A DNA stretch of 64,000 bases from Oscillospiraceae bacterium (GCA_015064485.1 SVSD01000003.1:83927-147926), one strand, 5' to 3'. Numbered from the stretch's first letter, positions 16,906-26,428 are shown. Notes: generated by a model not told the origin, from the letters alone. Numbers and translations: made by a program.

Positions 16906-19335
16906 GTGGACAACAATCAAAGTTTCAGCGGGGTTTATAACTCATCGGACATTTCCCTTATCGCAAGACAAGGTTTTGAAAAGGCGTTTTCTTCGCTGGA
17001 ATTCGATAAGATTATAGAAATGCTTGTTTCGTGTACTTCGGTTGAAGGCGCGAAAGATATTTTAAGAAAAATATCCCCTTCGGTATCCTCAGAGAATATA
17101 AAGTATATGCAAAAGCAGACAAGCGAAGCAAAGCAGATGGCGGCATCAAAGGGAGCTCCTTCGTTTGGCGGAATTCGTAATATTTACGATTCACTCGAAC
17201 GCTGTGAAAAGGGTGCATCCTTGAATATGTCGGAGCTTTTGCAGATAGCAGGTGTTTTGCAGGCTTCAAGAAGCGTTTCCGAATATTTTTCCGGATATAA
17301 AGGAGCGGAAGAGTTTTGTCTTTATGATATTGCAAAGCTTCTGTCACCGAATAAGTTTCTTGAAGAGCTTATAACAACAAGTATAGTATCCGAGGATATG
17401 ATGGCGGATACCGCATCAAGCGAGCTTTATGATATACGAAGAAAGATCCGAGCCGCTTCGAACAGGATCCGTGAAACGCTTCAGAAATATGTTTCGGGCG
17501 GAGGTTCAAAATATCTTCAGGAAAATATCGTAACAACAAGAAACGGCAGATTTGTACTTCCGGTAAAGGCAGAATGCCGAAACGAAATAAAGGGCCTTGT
17601 GCATGATACATCCGCAACAGGTTCAACTCTTTTTATAGAGCCGATGAGCGTGGTTGAGGCCAATAACGAAATCAGAGTTCTCGGTGCAAAGGAAGAAGCT
17701 GAAATCGAGAAAATTCTCTACACCATATCCGGAGAATGTTCAAGATTTTCGGGAGCTTTAAGGGCAAATTATGAGAATTTATGCCTTCTTGCAGCGGTGT
17801 TTGCGAAGGCGGAGCTTTCGTTTATGATGAATGGAACAGAGCCTGTAATATCGTCAAAACCGTATGTTGAGCTTAAAAAAGCAAGACACCCTTTGCTTGA
17901 TAAAGAAAAGGTTGTGCCAATCGATATAATAATCGGCAGAAAGTATAATATGCTGGTGATTACAGGTCCTAATACCGGCGGTAAAACGGTAACTCTTAAA
18001 ACGCTCGGGCTTTTTTCACTGATGGCACAATGCGGACTTCATATACCTGCGGGAGATGGCTCGACACTTCCTGTGTTTGATTCTATTCTTGCCGATATCG
18101 GAGATGAACAGAGCATCGAGCAGTCGCTTTCGACTTTTTCTGCTCATATGGTCAACATCGTTTCGATCCTTAAAAGAATAAGTGAAAAATCGCTTGTTTT
18201 ATTTGATGAACTCGGTGCGGGAACAGACCCCCTTGAGGGTGCGGCTCTTGCCGAAGCAATACTTGAAACTGTCAGAAAAACAGGCTGTATTTGCGCTGCA
18301 ACAACGCATTATGCAGAATTAAAGGCGTATGCACTTTCAACAGACGGCGTTTCAAATGCTTCTTGTGAATTTGATGTGGAAACGCTTCGCCCTACCTATC
18401 GTCTTATGATAGGACTTCCGGGAAAGTCAAATGCTTTTGCGATAGCAAGTAGGCTTGGTATTCCGCAAAGTATAGTTGAAGATGCCAAGGAAAATATGAC
18501 AGGAGAAACCCTGCGTTTTGAATCGCTTATAGATGAACTTGAAACTCAGAAATCCCATTACGAAAAAGAAAAGCAAAAGGCGGCAAAATTAAGGGAAGAG
18601 CTTTCCGAAATGCACCAAAAGACAAGGGAAGACAGAGAAAAGTTCAACAAAAGACTTGAAGCTGAAAACGAGAGGGCGGAAAGGCAGGCAATGGGGCTTG
18701 TCGAACAAGCAAGGGCGTCTGCGGACTATATATTTGCAGAGCTTGACCGCATTAAGAAGCAAAAGGACAGCGAAAACTTCGCAAAAGAGCTTGAAAAGGC
18801 AAAGCAGAATGTAAGATCGGGACTTAACAGCGCCGATAAAAGATTTTCAAATCTTCCCGGAAAGATCGAGGAAGAATATGTCCTTCCAAGAGAGCTTAAA
18901 AAGGGCGATAATATCATTTTAAGAGATATAAACAAAAAGGGCGTTATAATTGATATTGACGGCGAAAATGTTACTGTTCAGGCGGGTATCATAAAAACTA
19001 AGACTAAAGTTAAAAATCTTATGCTCGATGAATCTGCCGCTTCTACCGAAAAGAATGTAAAACTTTCAAAAACTCCTAAAACCGCAATGTCAGTTAAAGC
19101 TGAAATTGATGTAAGAGGTATGATAGGCGATGACGCGTGGTTTATGGTCGACAAATACCTTGATGATGCAGTCCTTGCAAACCTTTCGCAGGTTACTATA
19201 ATACACGGCAAGGGTACGGGGGCTCTGCGGGCGGCGCTTACAGGCTTTCTTAGAAGGGACAAGCGTGTAAAAACAATGCGATCCGGAATGTTCGGAGAGG
19301 GCGACAGCGGCGTTACTGTTGTAACTCTTAAATAA
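16906..19335 (+). CDS. mutS2: Endonuclease MutS2 (MutS-family ATPase with C-terminal Smr domain)
   Basis: 809 aa with a GTG start. Walker A GPNTGGKTVTLKT, LFDELGAGTDP, a coiled-coil, and the Smr motif IIHGKGTGALR. Confidence 0.93.
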   Translation: MDNNQSFSGVYNSSDISLIARQGFEKAFSSLEFDKIIEMLVSCTSVEGAKDILRKISPSVSSENIKYMQKQTSEAKQMAASKGAPSFGGIRNIYDSLERCEKGASLNMSELLQIAGVLQASRSVSEYFSGYKGAEEFCLYDIAKLLSPNKFLEELITTSIVSEDMMADTASSELYDIRRKIRAASNRIRETLQKYVSGGGSKYLQENIVTTRNGRFVLPVKAECRNEIKGLVHDTSATGSTLFIEPMSVVEANNEIRVLGAKEEAEIEKILYTISGECSRFSGALRANYENLCLLAAVFAKAELSFMMNGTEPVISSKPYVELKKARHPLLDKEKVVPIDIIIGRKYNMLVITGPNTGGKTVTLKTLGLFSLMAQCGLHIPAGDGSTLPVFDSILADIGDEQSIEQSLSTFSAHMVNIVSILKRISEKSLVLFDELGAGTDPLEGAALAEAILETVRKTGCICAATTHYAELKAYALSTDGVSNASCEFDVETLRPTYRLMIGLPGKSNAFAIASRLGIPQSIVEDAKENMTGETLRFESLIDELETQKSHYEKEKQKAAKLREELSEMHQKTREDREKFNKRLEAENERAERQAMGLVEQARASADYIFAELDRIKKQKDSENFAKELEKAKQNVRSGLNSADKRFSNLPGKIEEEYVLPRELKKGDNIILRDINKKGVIIDIDGENVTVQAGIIKTKTKVKNLMLDESAASTEKNVKLSKTPKTAMSVKAEIDVRGMIGDDAWFMVDKYLDDAVLANLSQVTIIHGKGTGALRAALTGFLRRDKRVKTMRSGMFGEGDSGVTVVTLK

Positions 19336-19358
19336 AACTTAAAAATATAAAAAAGATA

Positions 19359-19387
19359 TTTACAAAACCGCATATATTTGGTATAAT
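19359..19387 (+). promoter_or_regulatory. Sigma-A-type promoter (extended -10) of rhaB-rhaA
   Basis: TTTACA (19359-19364), 17 nt, then TATAAT (19382-19387), preceded by TGG. Confidence 0.65.
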
Positions 19388-19419
19388 ATCTTAAATAGGT
19401 TATTGTTTTAAATTTTCAA

Positions 19420-19435
19420 CTGCAAAATTTTGCAG
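19420..19435. promoter_or_regulatory. Perfect 16-bp palindrome, candidate operator in the rhaB leader
   Basis: CTGCAAAATTTTGCAG lies between the promoter and the rhaB RBS. Confidence 0.4.
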
Positions 19436-19477
19436 ACGATATTTGAATGATAAACTTAAATAACGGAGGAAATGCAA

Positions 19478-20959
19478 ATGGCAACACTTAAGATGCTTGC
19501 TATCGACCTTGGTGCATCCAGCGGCAGAGGTATGGTAGGTAAGTTCGACGGAAACAAAATCTCGCTCGAAGAGATACACCGTTTCCCCAACGGCCCCGTA
19601 AATCTCAACGGAAGCCTGTATTGGGACATTCTCCGCACTTTCGGAGAAATCAAAACAGCACTTCATAATTGTGCTATGTCCGACAACAAAGACATAAAGT
19701 CTATGGCCATTGACACATGGGGTGTTGACTACGGACTTCTTGATAAAGACGGTAAGCTTCTCGAAAATCCTTATTGCTACCGTGACGAAAGAACAACAAA
19801 GGGTATTATGGAAGAACTTTTTAAAGTTATTCCCAAGGAAGAACTTTATAAGATTACAGGTACTCAGTTCCTTAATTTCAATACCATCTATCAGCTTTAT
19901 CAGCAGGTAAAGGAAAGACCTCATTCTCTTGAAAATGCAAAAGATCTTCTTTTCATTCCCGACCTTTTGAAGTATTTCCTTACAGGCGTAAAGCAGACAG
20001 AATATACAATAGCATCAACAGCTCAGATGCTTGATGCAAATAAGCGCGATTGGGCGTATGATGTGACAGATAAGCTCGGAATCCCCAGACATCTTCTCGG
20101 TGAGATCGTATCTCCCGGTGCAGTTTGCGGAAAGCTTCTTCCTCAGATAGTTGAGGAAATCGGCGGTATAAATCCCACAGTCGTAAACACAGCGTCACAT
20201 GATACTGCAGCGGCGGTTGTAGCCGTTCCTTCCCAGAAGGAAGATTTCGTTTACATATCAAGCGGAACCTGGTCTTTGATGGGTAAAGAACTTGCAGAGC
20301 CCTGCACAAACGAGCTTGCTTATAAATACGATATCACAAATGAAGGCGGAGCAGAAAGAAAGATCCGTTTCCTCAAGAACATTATGGGACTTTGGATCGA
20401 ACAGGAATCCCGCCGTCAGTGGCAAAGACAGGGCGAGGATGTTTCCTTCAATGAACTTTCTGATGCGGCAGTAGCTTCCGAACCTTTGAAGTGCCTCATC
20501 AACCCCGACGACCTTTCATTCCAGACACCCGGCAATATGCCCAGACGCATTCAGGAATACTGCGAAAAGACAGGTCAGTATGTTCCTCAGACAAAGGGCG
20601 AGATCGTAAGATGTATCTTCGACAGCCTTGCGCTTTGCTATCGCCGTACAGTTGAGTCTATGGATGCGATAACAGGCAAAAAGACACCTTTTATCAACAT
20701 CGTAGGCGGAGGTACAAAAGAAGAACCTCTTTGCAAGTTTACAGCAGACGCTTGCGGAAGACCGGTTTATACAGGTCCTGTTGAAGCAACAGCTCTCGGA
20801 AATATTGCAATTCAGGCAATTGCAGCAGGCGAGATCAAGGATGTAAAAGAAGCCCGTCAGGTTATCGCAAATTCATTTGAAATCAAATACTTTGAGCCTA
20901 AAGACACAGAAATGTGGGATGCAGGCTATGAAAAGTTCTTAAAACTTCTTGAAAAATAA
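19478..20959 (+). CDS. rhaB: Rhamnulokinase (FGGY family)
   Basis: AIDLGASSGRGMVGKF...IHRFPN...LYWD N-terminus, FGGY architecture, and adjacency to rhaA. Start set at MATLK (GGAGG 8 nt upstream). Confidence 0.85.
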   Translation: MATLKMLAIDLGASSGRGMVGKFDGNKISLEEIHRFPNGPVNLNGSLYWDILRTFGEIKTALHNCAMSDNKDIKSMAIDTWGVDYGLLDKDGKLLENPYCYRDERTTKGIMEELFKVIPKEELYKITGTQFLNFNTIYQLYQQVKERPHSLENAKDLLFIPDLLKYFLTGVKQTEYTIASTAQMLDANKRDWAYDVTDKLGIPRHLLGEIVSPGAVCGKLLPQIVEEIGGINPTVVNTASHDTAAAVVAVPSQKEDFVYISSGTWSLMGKELAEPCTNELAYKYDITNEGGAERKIRFLKNIMGLWIEQESRRQWQRQGEDVSFNELSDAAVASEPLKCLINPDDLSFQTPGNMPRRIQEYCEKTGQYVPQTKGEIVRCIFDSLALCYRRTVESMDAITGKKTPFINIVGGGTKEEPLCKFTADACGRPVYTGPVEATALGNIAIQAIAAGEIKDVKEARQVIANSFEIKYFEPKDTEMWDAGYEKFLKLLEK

Positions 20960-20984
20960 TAAATTACATAAAGGAGAAGAAATT

Positions 20985-22241
20985 ATGTCTATTGAAAAGG
21001 CTTATGAACTTGCCCGTGAACAGTATGCCGAAATCGGTATCGACACAGACAAGGCGATTGAAAGACTCAAAAACATTCCGATTTCCATCCATTGTTGGCA
21101 GGGTGATGATGTTGCAGGCTTTGAAAACCTCGACGGTTCTCTTGACGGCGGTCTTGCAGTAACCGGTAACTATCCCGGCAAGGCAAAGACTCCCGATCAG
21201 CTCAGAGCTGATATGAGCTTTGCGTTCAAGCTCATTCCCGGTCCTAAAAAGGCAAATATCCACGCTTTTTACAGCGAACCTAAGGCTGTTAAAGTTGACA
21301 GAGATTCGATAACAACAGATTGCTATACAGCATGGGCTGACTGGGCGGTTGATGAAAAGATCGGTCTTGACTTTAACCCCACATGCTTCTCTCATCCCAA
21401 GAGCTCCGACGGTCTTACACTTTCCCATCCCGATGAAGGTATCCGTCAGTTCTGGATTGATCATTGTATCAAATCAAGAGAAGTTTCCGAATTCCTCGGT
21501 AAGCGTACAGGCATCCGTTCTGTAAACAATATTTGGGTTCCCGACGGATACAAGGATAACTGCTATGATAAGGTAGCACCCAGAGCTCGTCTTCTTGACT
21601 CTCTTAACAAGATCGAAGCTAAAAAGCTCGATGCAAGATATACAAAAGACGCTGTTGAATCAAAAGTATTTGCAGTAGGCGTTGAAGCTTTCACAGTTGG
21701 TTCTCACGAGTTCTATATGGGATACGGTATGAAGAATCCCGATGTTATGGTTTGCCTTGATGCAGGTCATTTCCATCCCACAGAAGTTATTTCCAACAAG
21801 ATTTCTTCTATGCTTCTCTTCTCAGATGAAGTTCTTCTCCATGTTTCCCGTCCTATGCGTTGGGATAGTGACCATGTTGTAATACTTGACGATGAACTTC
21901 AGGCAATCGCTCAGGAAATCATCCGCAATGATTTTGATAACAGAGTTAATATTGCGCTCGACTTCTTTGATGCAAGTATCAACAGAATTGCAGCTTGGGT
22001 TATCGGTTCAAGAAATACCCAGAAGGCTCTTCTCAAGGCTATGCTTGAACCCATCGATCTTCTCAAGAAGGCAGAATACGAATTCGATTATACAACAAGA
22101 CTCGCTCTTACAGAAGAATATAAATCCTATCCCTTTGGTGCTGTTTGGGATTACTACTGTGAACAGATGGGTGTTCCTACAAGAGAAAAGTGGCTCGATA
22201 CTGTTCGTGCATACGAAAGAGATGTACTCATCAAGAGATAA
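20985..22241 (+). CDS. rhaA: L-rhamnose isomerase
   Basis: 418 aa from MSIEKAYELAREQY (AAAGGAG RBS). IHCWQGDDVAGFE, HAFY and LDAGHFHPTE are typical RhaA motifs. Confidence 0.88.
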   Translation: MSIEKAYELAREQYAEIGIDTDKAIERLKNIPISIHCWQGDDVAGFENLDGSLDGGLAVTGNYPGKAKTPDQLRADMSFAFKLIPGPKKANIHAFYSEPKAVKVDRDSITTDCYTAWADWAVDEKIGLDFNPTCFSHPKSSDGLTLSHPDEGIRQFWIDHCIKSREVSEFLGKRTGIRSVNNIWVPDGYKDNCYDKVAPRARLLDSLNKIEAKKLDARYTKDAVESKVFAVGVEAFTVGSHEFYMGYGMKNPDVMVCLDAGHFHPTEVISNKISSMLLFSDEVLLHVSRPMRWDSDHVVILDDELQAIAQEIIRNDFDNRVNIALDFFDASINRIAAWVIGSRNTQKALLKAMLEPIDLLKKAEYEFDYTTRLALTEEYKSYPFGAVWDYYCEQMGVPTREKWLDTVRAYERDVLIKR

Positions 22242-22258
22242 ATCAAGTGAAATTAAAA

Positions 22259-22287
22259 GCCGTGCTTCGTCTGAAGCACGGCTTTTG
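22259..22287 (+). terminator. Rho-independent terminator of rhaBA
   Basis: GCCGTGCTTC-GTCT-GAAGCACGGC followed by TTTT. Confidence 0.85.
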
Positions 22288-22447
22288 TGTTATTCTTGAA
22301 AACCAACTGTCAAAACATATTAAAAAGATATGAAAATATGGTTTAGTCTAATGAAAAAACAGAGGCGCAAATCTTAAACTTTGAGGGGCTGAACAGCGCG
22401 GTATAAAGCGGATTTGAAAATAAACATACTTAAAATATATGAAATAT

Positions 22448-22466
22448 CCCCCGGTATCGCCGGGGG
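22448..22466. terminator. GC-rich hairpin terminator downstream of the minus-strand operon
   Basis: CCCCCGG-TATCG-CCGGGGG with T-rich sequence on the minus side. It lies 8 nt beyond the stop at 22474. Confidence 0.6.
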
Positions 22467-22473
22467 TATTTCT

Positions 22474-23502
22474 TTATGCAAAATAGAAAGAGGAGATAAC
22501 GCTGTCTGTAAGTTTTTGATAGTATTCTTTGCGTATATTTTGTGTGAAAATATTGTCGGAAAGCAATACTGTTTCATCAGCTGTTACGGGAACAGAGAAT
22601 GAAATTACATATGTGTTATTGGACAGGGGTGTTATTCCGCTGTATTTCCACAAAGAGTTTTCATTTATTGCTTTGATAAAGTCAAGCTCGGCAGCATAAA
22701 GGACTTCTGCTGTTTCAATCGAACTGCATTTAAAGGTATAATCAAATTTAATCATACCAAGCAACTCGGAAACAGTTACCGAACAGGTCTTGTCATCCGA
22801 CATTTTCATAACAAGTGAAGCGGTTTCGAGAAAAACAGGAATAAATACATCCGTTTTTATAGATGTTGCAAGTAATCCCGCACTGATATCGGCATAAAAT
22901 CTGTAACCAAGAGGAGATAATTGCTTTGCGAATCGCTCACTTACGGTTTTACACAATTCAGAAATATCCACAAGCTCATCTTTAAACAAAAAAGCTGTCT
23001 TTGTAAGCGATAGATAATACATTTCGTAATTTCTTGAAGCTCTGAAAAACTGCAGTGAATTGTACTTTAATATTTCTTTTGCTTTTTCATCCTTCAAAAG
23101 GTTCATCTTTTCGCACATTGATTTGTATGTGCTTATTACAAGTTCGTTTGTTGAGTATGTTATTCTGTGAGTTTCGAGATACGATTCATCAAGAATTGAT
23201 TTTATAAGCATCGTATTTACAATGAAAAAGATTATTATATATTCGTCTGAACACATAATTATCGCATGGGATATACCAAGAGAGCTTTTACACTCCGCAA
23301 TTCTTGAATTTCCCATTTTGAAAGTTTCTTCGAGTTCATCGGGTATTCTGAAAAGACAGGATGCGTTTTTCCCTTTGCGGATTAGTTTTATTTTTGAAGC
23401 AAATTCGTTTTTATATAAAACTTTTCCCTTGCTGTCTGTTACTAAAACAGGCCAAAGCATACTGTCAAAATCGTAGTCGTGAAAGTAATTATTGTAAGCC
23501 AT
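22474..23502 (-). CDS. Hypothetical protein; degenerate sensor-histidine-kinase-like (PAS-like N-terminus, H-box and N-box not conserved)
   Basis: 342 aa from the ATG at 23502 (AAAGGA 8 nt upstream). Its layout resembles PAS + DHp + HATPase_c (VDISELCKTVSERFAKQL...IKTDVFIPVFLETASLVMKMS). However, the phospho-His position reads FFRASRNYEMYY, and the N-box Asn and the G-boxes are absent. It overlaps the murE 3' end by 14 nt. Confidence 0.4.
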   Translation of the reverse strand: MAYNNYFHDYDFDSMLWPVLVTDSKGKVLYKNEFASKIKLIRKGKNASCLFRIPDELEETFKMGNSRIAECKSSLGISHAIIMCSDEYIIIFFIVNTMLIKSILDESYLETHRITYSTNELVISTYKSMCEKMNLLKDEKAKEILKYNSLQFFRASRNYEMYYLSLTKTAFLFKDELVDISELCKTVSERFAKQLSPLGYRFYADISAGLLATSIKTDVFIPVFLETASLVMKMSDDKTCSVTVSELLGMIKFDYTFKCSSIETAEVLYAAELDFIKAINENSLWKYSGITPLSNNTYVISFSVPVTADETVLLSDNIFTQNIRKEYYQKLTDSVISSFYFA

Positions 23503-24979
23503 CAAAATATTCCTTTACTACAATACGCTCGTCAAACGGAATCTTTTCGTGACCGATCTCCTCGTAAAGCTGGTTTCCTTTTCCTACGATCAGAACAATA
23601 TCTCCGCTTTTGGCAACTGAAAGAGCGTGGTGGATAGCTTCTTTTCTGTCTTTTATTATAACATATTTGCCGTCTGTTTTGTTGATGCCGACAAGAATGT
23701 CATCTATTATATCTTCTACCTTTTCGGTTCTTGGGTTATCGGAGGTGATTACAGAAAGATCCGAATATTTTCCGGATATTTCACCCATATCATAGCGGCG
23801 AAGCTTTGAGCGGTTGCCACCGCATCCAAAAACCGTAATGATGTTTTTAGGGCTGTAGTTTTTGACAGAAGCAAAAAGACTTTCAAGGCTCAATGCGTTA
23901 TGAGCATAGTCGATTATGACAGCAAAATCACATTTTTCGTGTTTTACAGGCTCAACTCTTCCAAAAACACGAACTTTTTCAAGGCTTTTTGCAACTTGCC
24001 CGAAAGATGCACCGACAGTCATCCCGACAGAGGCGGCACAAAGCGCATTGTATACAGAAAACTCTCCCGGAGTATTCAAATGAATTCTGCCGTAATTTTT
24101 CAAATCAAAAGAAGTGGAAAGGCAATCGGTTATTTCAAATACACAGTTTTCTCCGAAGAACCGGGCGTTTTCGTCCTTTGTGGAGTAAGTAAGGTATTCG
24201 ATACCCGCGTCTTTTACGGAAGATAAAACATCTTCAATTCTGTCCGCATCTGCGTTTAATATTGCCTTCTTGCACTGCTTGAACAAAAGACATTTGCAGG
24301 ACAAATAATCTTCAAAGTCAGAGTGTTCGTGTTCGCCGATGTGGTCGGGGGATATGTTTGTAAAAACACCGATATCAAAGTTTATACCGTATGTTCTGTG
24401 CATCATAAGCGCCTGTGAGGACACCTCCATAAGCACATGAGTAATGCCGCAGTTTACCATATCCGAGAAAATTCTGTGCAATTCATAGCTTTCTGGTGTG
24501 GAATTGTCGATGTATTCATATTTGTCGTTGTAATAGATACCTGTAGTTCCTATAATCCCGGTTTTAAAACCTGCGTTTTCGAGCACTTCGCGTACCATAA
24601 ATGTGGTACTGGTTTTTCCTTTCGTTCCTGTTATACCGACGGTAAATAATTTCTTTGCGGGATGCGAGAAAAACTCAGCAGATAAAAGGGCGAGAGCTTT
24701 TCTTGTATCATTCACGAGAACTATTGAAAAATTGGGGGATTGTGCGATCTTTTCACTATAGATTCTTTTGTCAGAAACAACGACGCAGTCAGCACCCGAT
24801 TCTACTGCTTTGTCAAAAAAAGCATGACCGTCAAAATTTGCCCCTTTAAGGCAAACAAAAACCGAGCCCTTTGCCGCCTTTCTTGAATCATAGCATAATG
24901 ATATGAAAGCGTCACAAGAACCCTTTTTAAAGTCGCATATTTCGTTTCCGAGACAGTTTAAAATATCTGCAAATGTCAT
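23489..24979 (-). CDS. murE: UDP-N-acetylmuramoyl-L-alanyl-D-glutamate--2,6-diaminopimelate ligase
   Basis: 496 aa with GITGTKGKTST P-loop, DYAHNALS and TSDNPRTE (the DNPR motif of meso-DAP-adding MurE). Confidence 0.92.
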   Translation of the reverse strand: MTFADILNCLGNEICDFKKGSCDAFISLCYDSRKAAKGSVFVCLKGANFDGHAFFDKAVESGADCVVVSDKRIYSEKIAQSPNFSIVLVNDTRKALALLSAEFFSHPAKKLFTVGITGTKGKTSTTFMVREVLENAGFKTGIIGTTGIYYNDKYEYIDNSTPESYELHRIFSDMVNCGITHVLMEVSSQALMMHRTYGINFDIGVFTNISPDHIGEHEHSDFEDYLSCKCLLFKQCKKAILNADADRIEDVLSSVKDAGIEYLTYSTKDENARFFGENCVFEITDCLSTSFDLKNYGRIHLNTPGEFSVYNALCAASVGMTVGASFGQVAKSLEKVRVFGRVEPVKHEKCDFAVIIDYAHNALSLESLFASVKNYSPKNIITVFGCGGNRSKLRRYDMGEISGKYSDLSVITSDNPRTEKVEDIIDDILVGINKTDGKYVIIKDRKEAIHHALSVAKSGDIVLIVGKGNQLYEEIGHEKIPFDERIVVKEYFDGLQ

Positions 24980-24999
24980 AATCTGGCTTCTCCTTAAAA

Positions 25000-26136
25000 T
25001 TATTTAAGAGATATAAGTGAATTTATTCCGTTTTCAAGTTCTTTTAAGAAAGTATCGATCTCCTCAAAAGTGTTATCTTCACAAAAACTCACCCGTATTG
25101 TGCAATCGGCACTTTTTGAGTCTAAGCCGAAAGCTGAAAGCACACGGTTTTCGCGGTGCTTGGAGGTACAGGCGGAGCCTGCGGAAATGTATATTCCTTT
25201 TGCCGAGAGAAATCTCAGCATAACTTCGCTTTTTATTGCGGGAAGTGAAAGCGAAACAACATAGGGGAGAGAATTTTCCGGTTTATTGATTTTTATCTGA
25301 GGAAGCTGAGCTTCTAATTTTTCGGTAAGATAACTGTTTAACTTTTCCACTTTGAGAATGTTTTTAAGATTAAAAACCTCGTTTGCGGCAACTTCAAAAG
25401 CTGCGATGCTCGGAAGTGCTTCTGTTCCCGGACGGATATCCTTTTCCTGACCGCCGCCGATAAGTATCGGCAGTATCCGAACACCGGATTTTATATATAA
25501 AGCGCCGATTCCTTTAGGAGCATGTATCTTATGTCCGCTTACCGAGATAAGGTCGGCACCGCAGGAGCATAAATTCTCCTTGGTTTTTCCGAAGGCCTGG
25601 ACTGCGTCTGTGTGTAAAACCGCCTGAGGACAAAGTTTCTTTCTCAAGGTATCAAGCTTTTTTATATCGTATATTGTGCCCGTTTCATTGTTTGCGTACA
25701 TACACGAAATAAGAACCGTATCTTTTGAAAACTCTTTTTCGCAATAGTCGAAATCGATCTTTCCGCCCTTTGTCGCAATATATTTTACATTGTATCCGTC
25801 TTTTTCAAGCTTTTTTGAAATATTGTAAACAGATGCATGTTCCGAATCTGAGAAAAATACAGTTTTACCGCCGTGCTTTTTTGCGGCAAGAGCACCGAAG
25901 ACAGCAAGATTGTTTGCCTCGGTTCCTCCCGATGTGAAAACAAGCTCGTCATCTCTCCGTATTGAACCCAGATGGGAGAGAATAGCTTTTCTTGCGGATT
26001 TTAAAACCTTTTCCGATTCGTAGCCGAAATCGTGAACGCTCGACGGATTGCCGAAAGTTTTTGTCATAATTTCAAAAGCTTTATTTGCGGCGGCATCCGA
26101 AACTTTTGTTGTCGCTGCATTGTCAAGATATATCAT
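25000..26136 (-). CDS. Cysteine desulfurase (NifS/IscS class V aminotransferase)
   Basis: MIYLDNAATTK start (GGAG RBS). SGHKIHAPKGIGALY carries the PLP lysine, and SAGSACTS carries the active-site Cys. The track ORF extends to 26229 but has no RBS there. Confidence 0.85.
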   Translation of the reverse strand: MIYLDNAATTKVSDAAANKAFEIMTKTFGNPSSVHDFGYESEKVLKSARKAILSHLGSIRRDDELVFTSGGTEANNLAVFGALAAKKHGGKTVFFSDSEHASVYNISKKLEKDGYNVKYIATKGGKIDFDYCEKEFSKDTVLISCMYANNETGTIYDIKKLDTLRKKLCPQAVLHTDAVQAFGKTKENLCSCGADLISVSGHKIHAPKGIGALYIKSGVRILPILIGGGQEKDIRPGTEALPSIAAFEVAANEVFNLKNILKVEKLNSYLTEKLEAQLPQIKINKPENSLPYVVSLSLPAIKSEVMLRFLSAKGIYISAGSACTSKHRENRVLSAFGLDSKSADCTIRVSFCEDNTFEEIDTFLKELENGINSLISLK

Positions 26137-26325
26137 TTTTTTGCTCCGTTTCAGATTTTTGCGTATCGTTATCCGAATTTTAATATTCACCGTTATTCTA
26201 TACAATTTCTTTTGCAATGTACAGTGCAAAAAATACCCTATTTATTGCAAAATGAGCTTTGTTTTGATAAAAATGATTTTTTATAATATATAGTGAAAAA
26301 AACTTAAAAATATAACTTTCACCTA

Positions 26326-26354
26326 TTGATAAATTTATGTATTTGTTATATAAT
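26326..26354 (+). promoter_or_regulatory. Sigma-A-type promoter of lepA
   Basis: TTGATA (26326-26331), 17 nt, then TATAAT (26349-26354). Confidence 0.65.
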
Positions 26355-26428
26355 TAAATAGTTAAGTTATAATAGTGCGAATTTTATCGCTTTTACCTTT
26401 AAGGGCAAAATAATGAAAGGATAAAAAT

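Noticed and set aside
19411-19432. AATTTTCAACTGCAAAATT in the rhaB leader resembles a CodY box (AATTTTCWGAAAATT)
   Set aside because: Matching it requires a 4-nt insertion relative to the 15-nt consensus. The perfect 16-bp palindrome CTGCAAAATTTTGCAG explains the symmetry better.
19400-19924. 174-aa minus-strand ORF. Similar antisense ORFs occur elsewhere, for example 46240-46773 opposite hpf, 62201-62839 opposite divIVA, 60752-61348 opposite sepF/yggT, 55422-56039 opposite topB and 28384-29064 opposite hemW.
   Set aside because: All lie fully inside well-supported genes on the other strand. They lack RBSs and have compositionally odd translations. They are typical shadow ORFs of a codon-biased AT-rich genome.
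26137-26229. 5' over-extensions of ORF-track calls: 26229 for the desulfurase, 57274 for the epimerase, 57202 for miaA, 31087 for cdaR, 33866 for the RseC-like gene, 45158 for the hydro-lyase, 13631 for phoH, 14598 for ybeY-era, 20949 for rhaA and 28234 for hemW
   Set aside because: In each case an internal start has a proper Shine-Dalgarno sequence and gives the canonical family N-terminus. The extension overlaps the upstream gene or its promoter or terminator. I therefore report the shorter coordinates.
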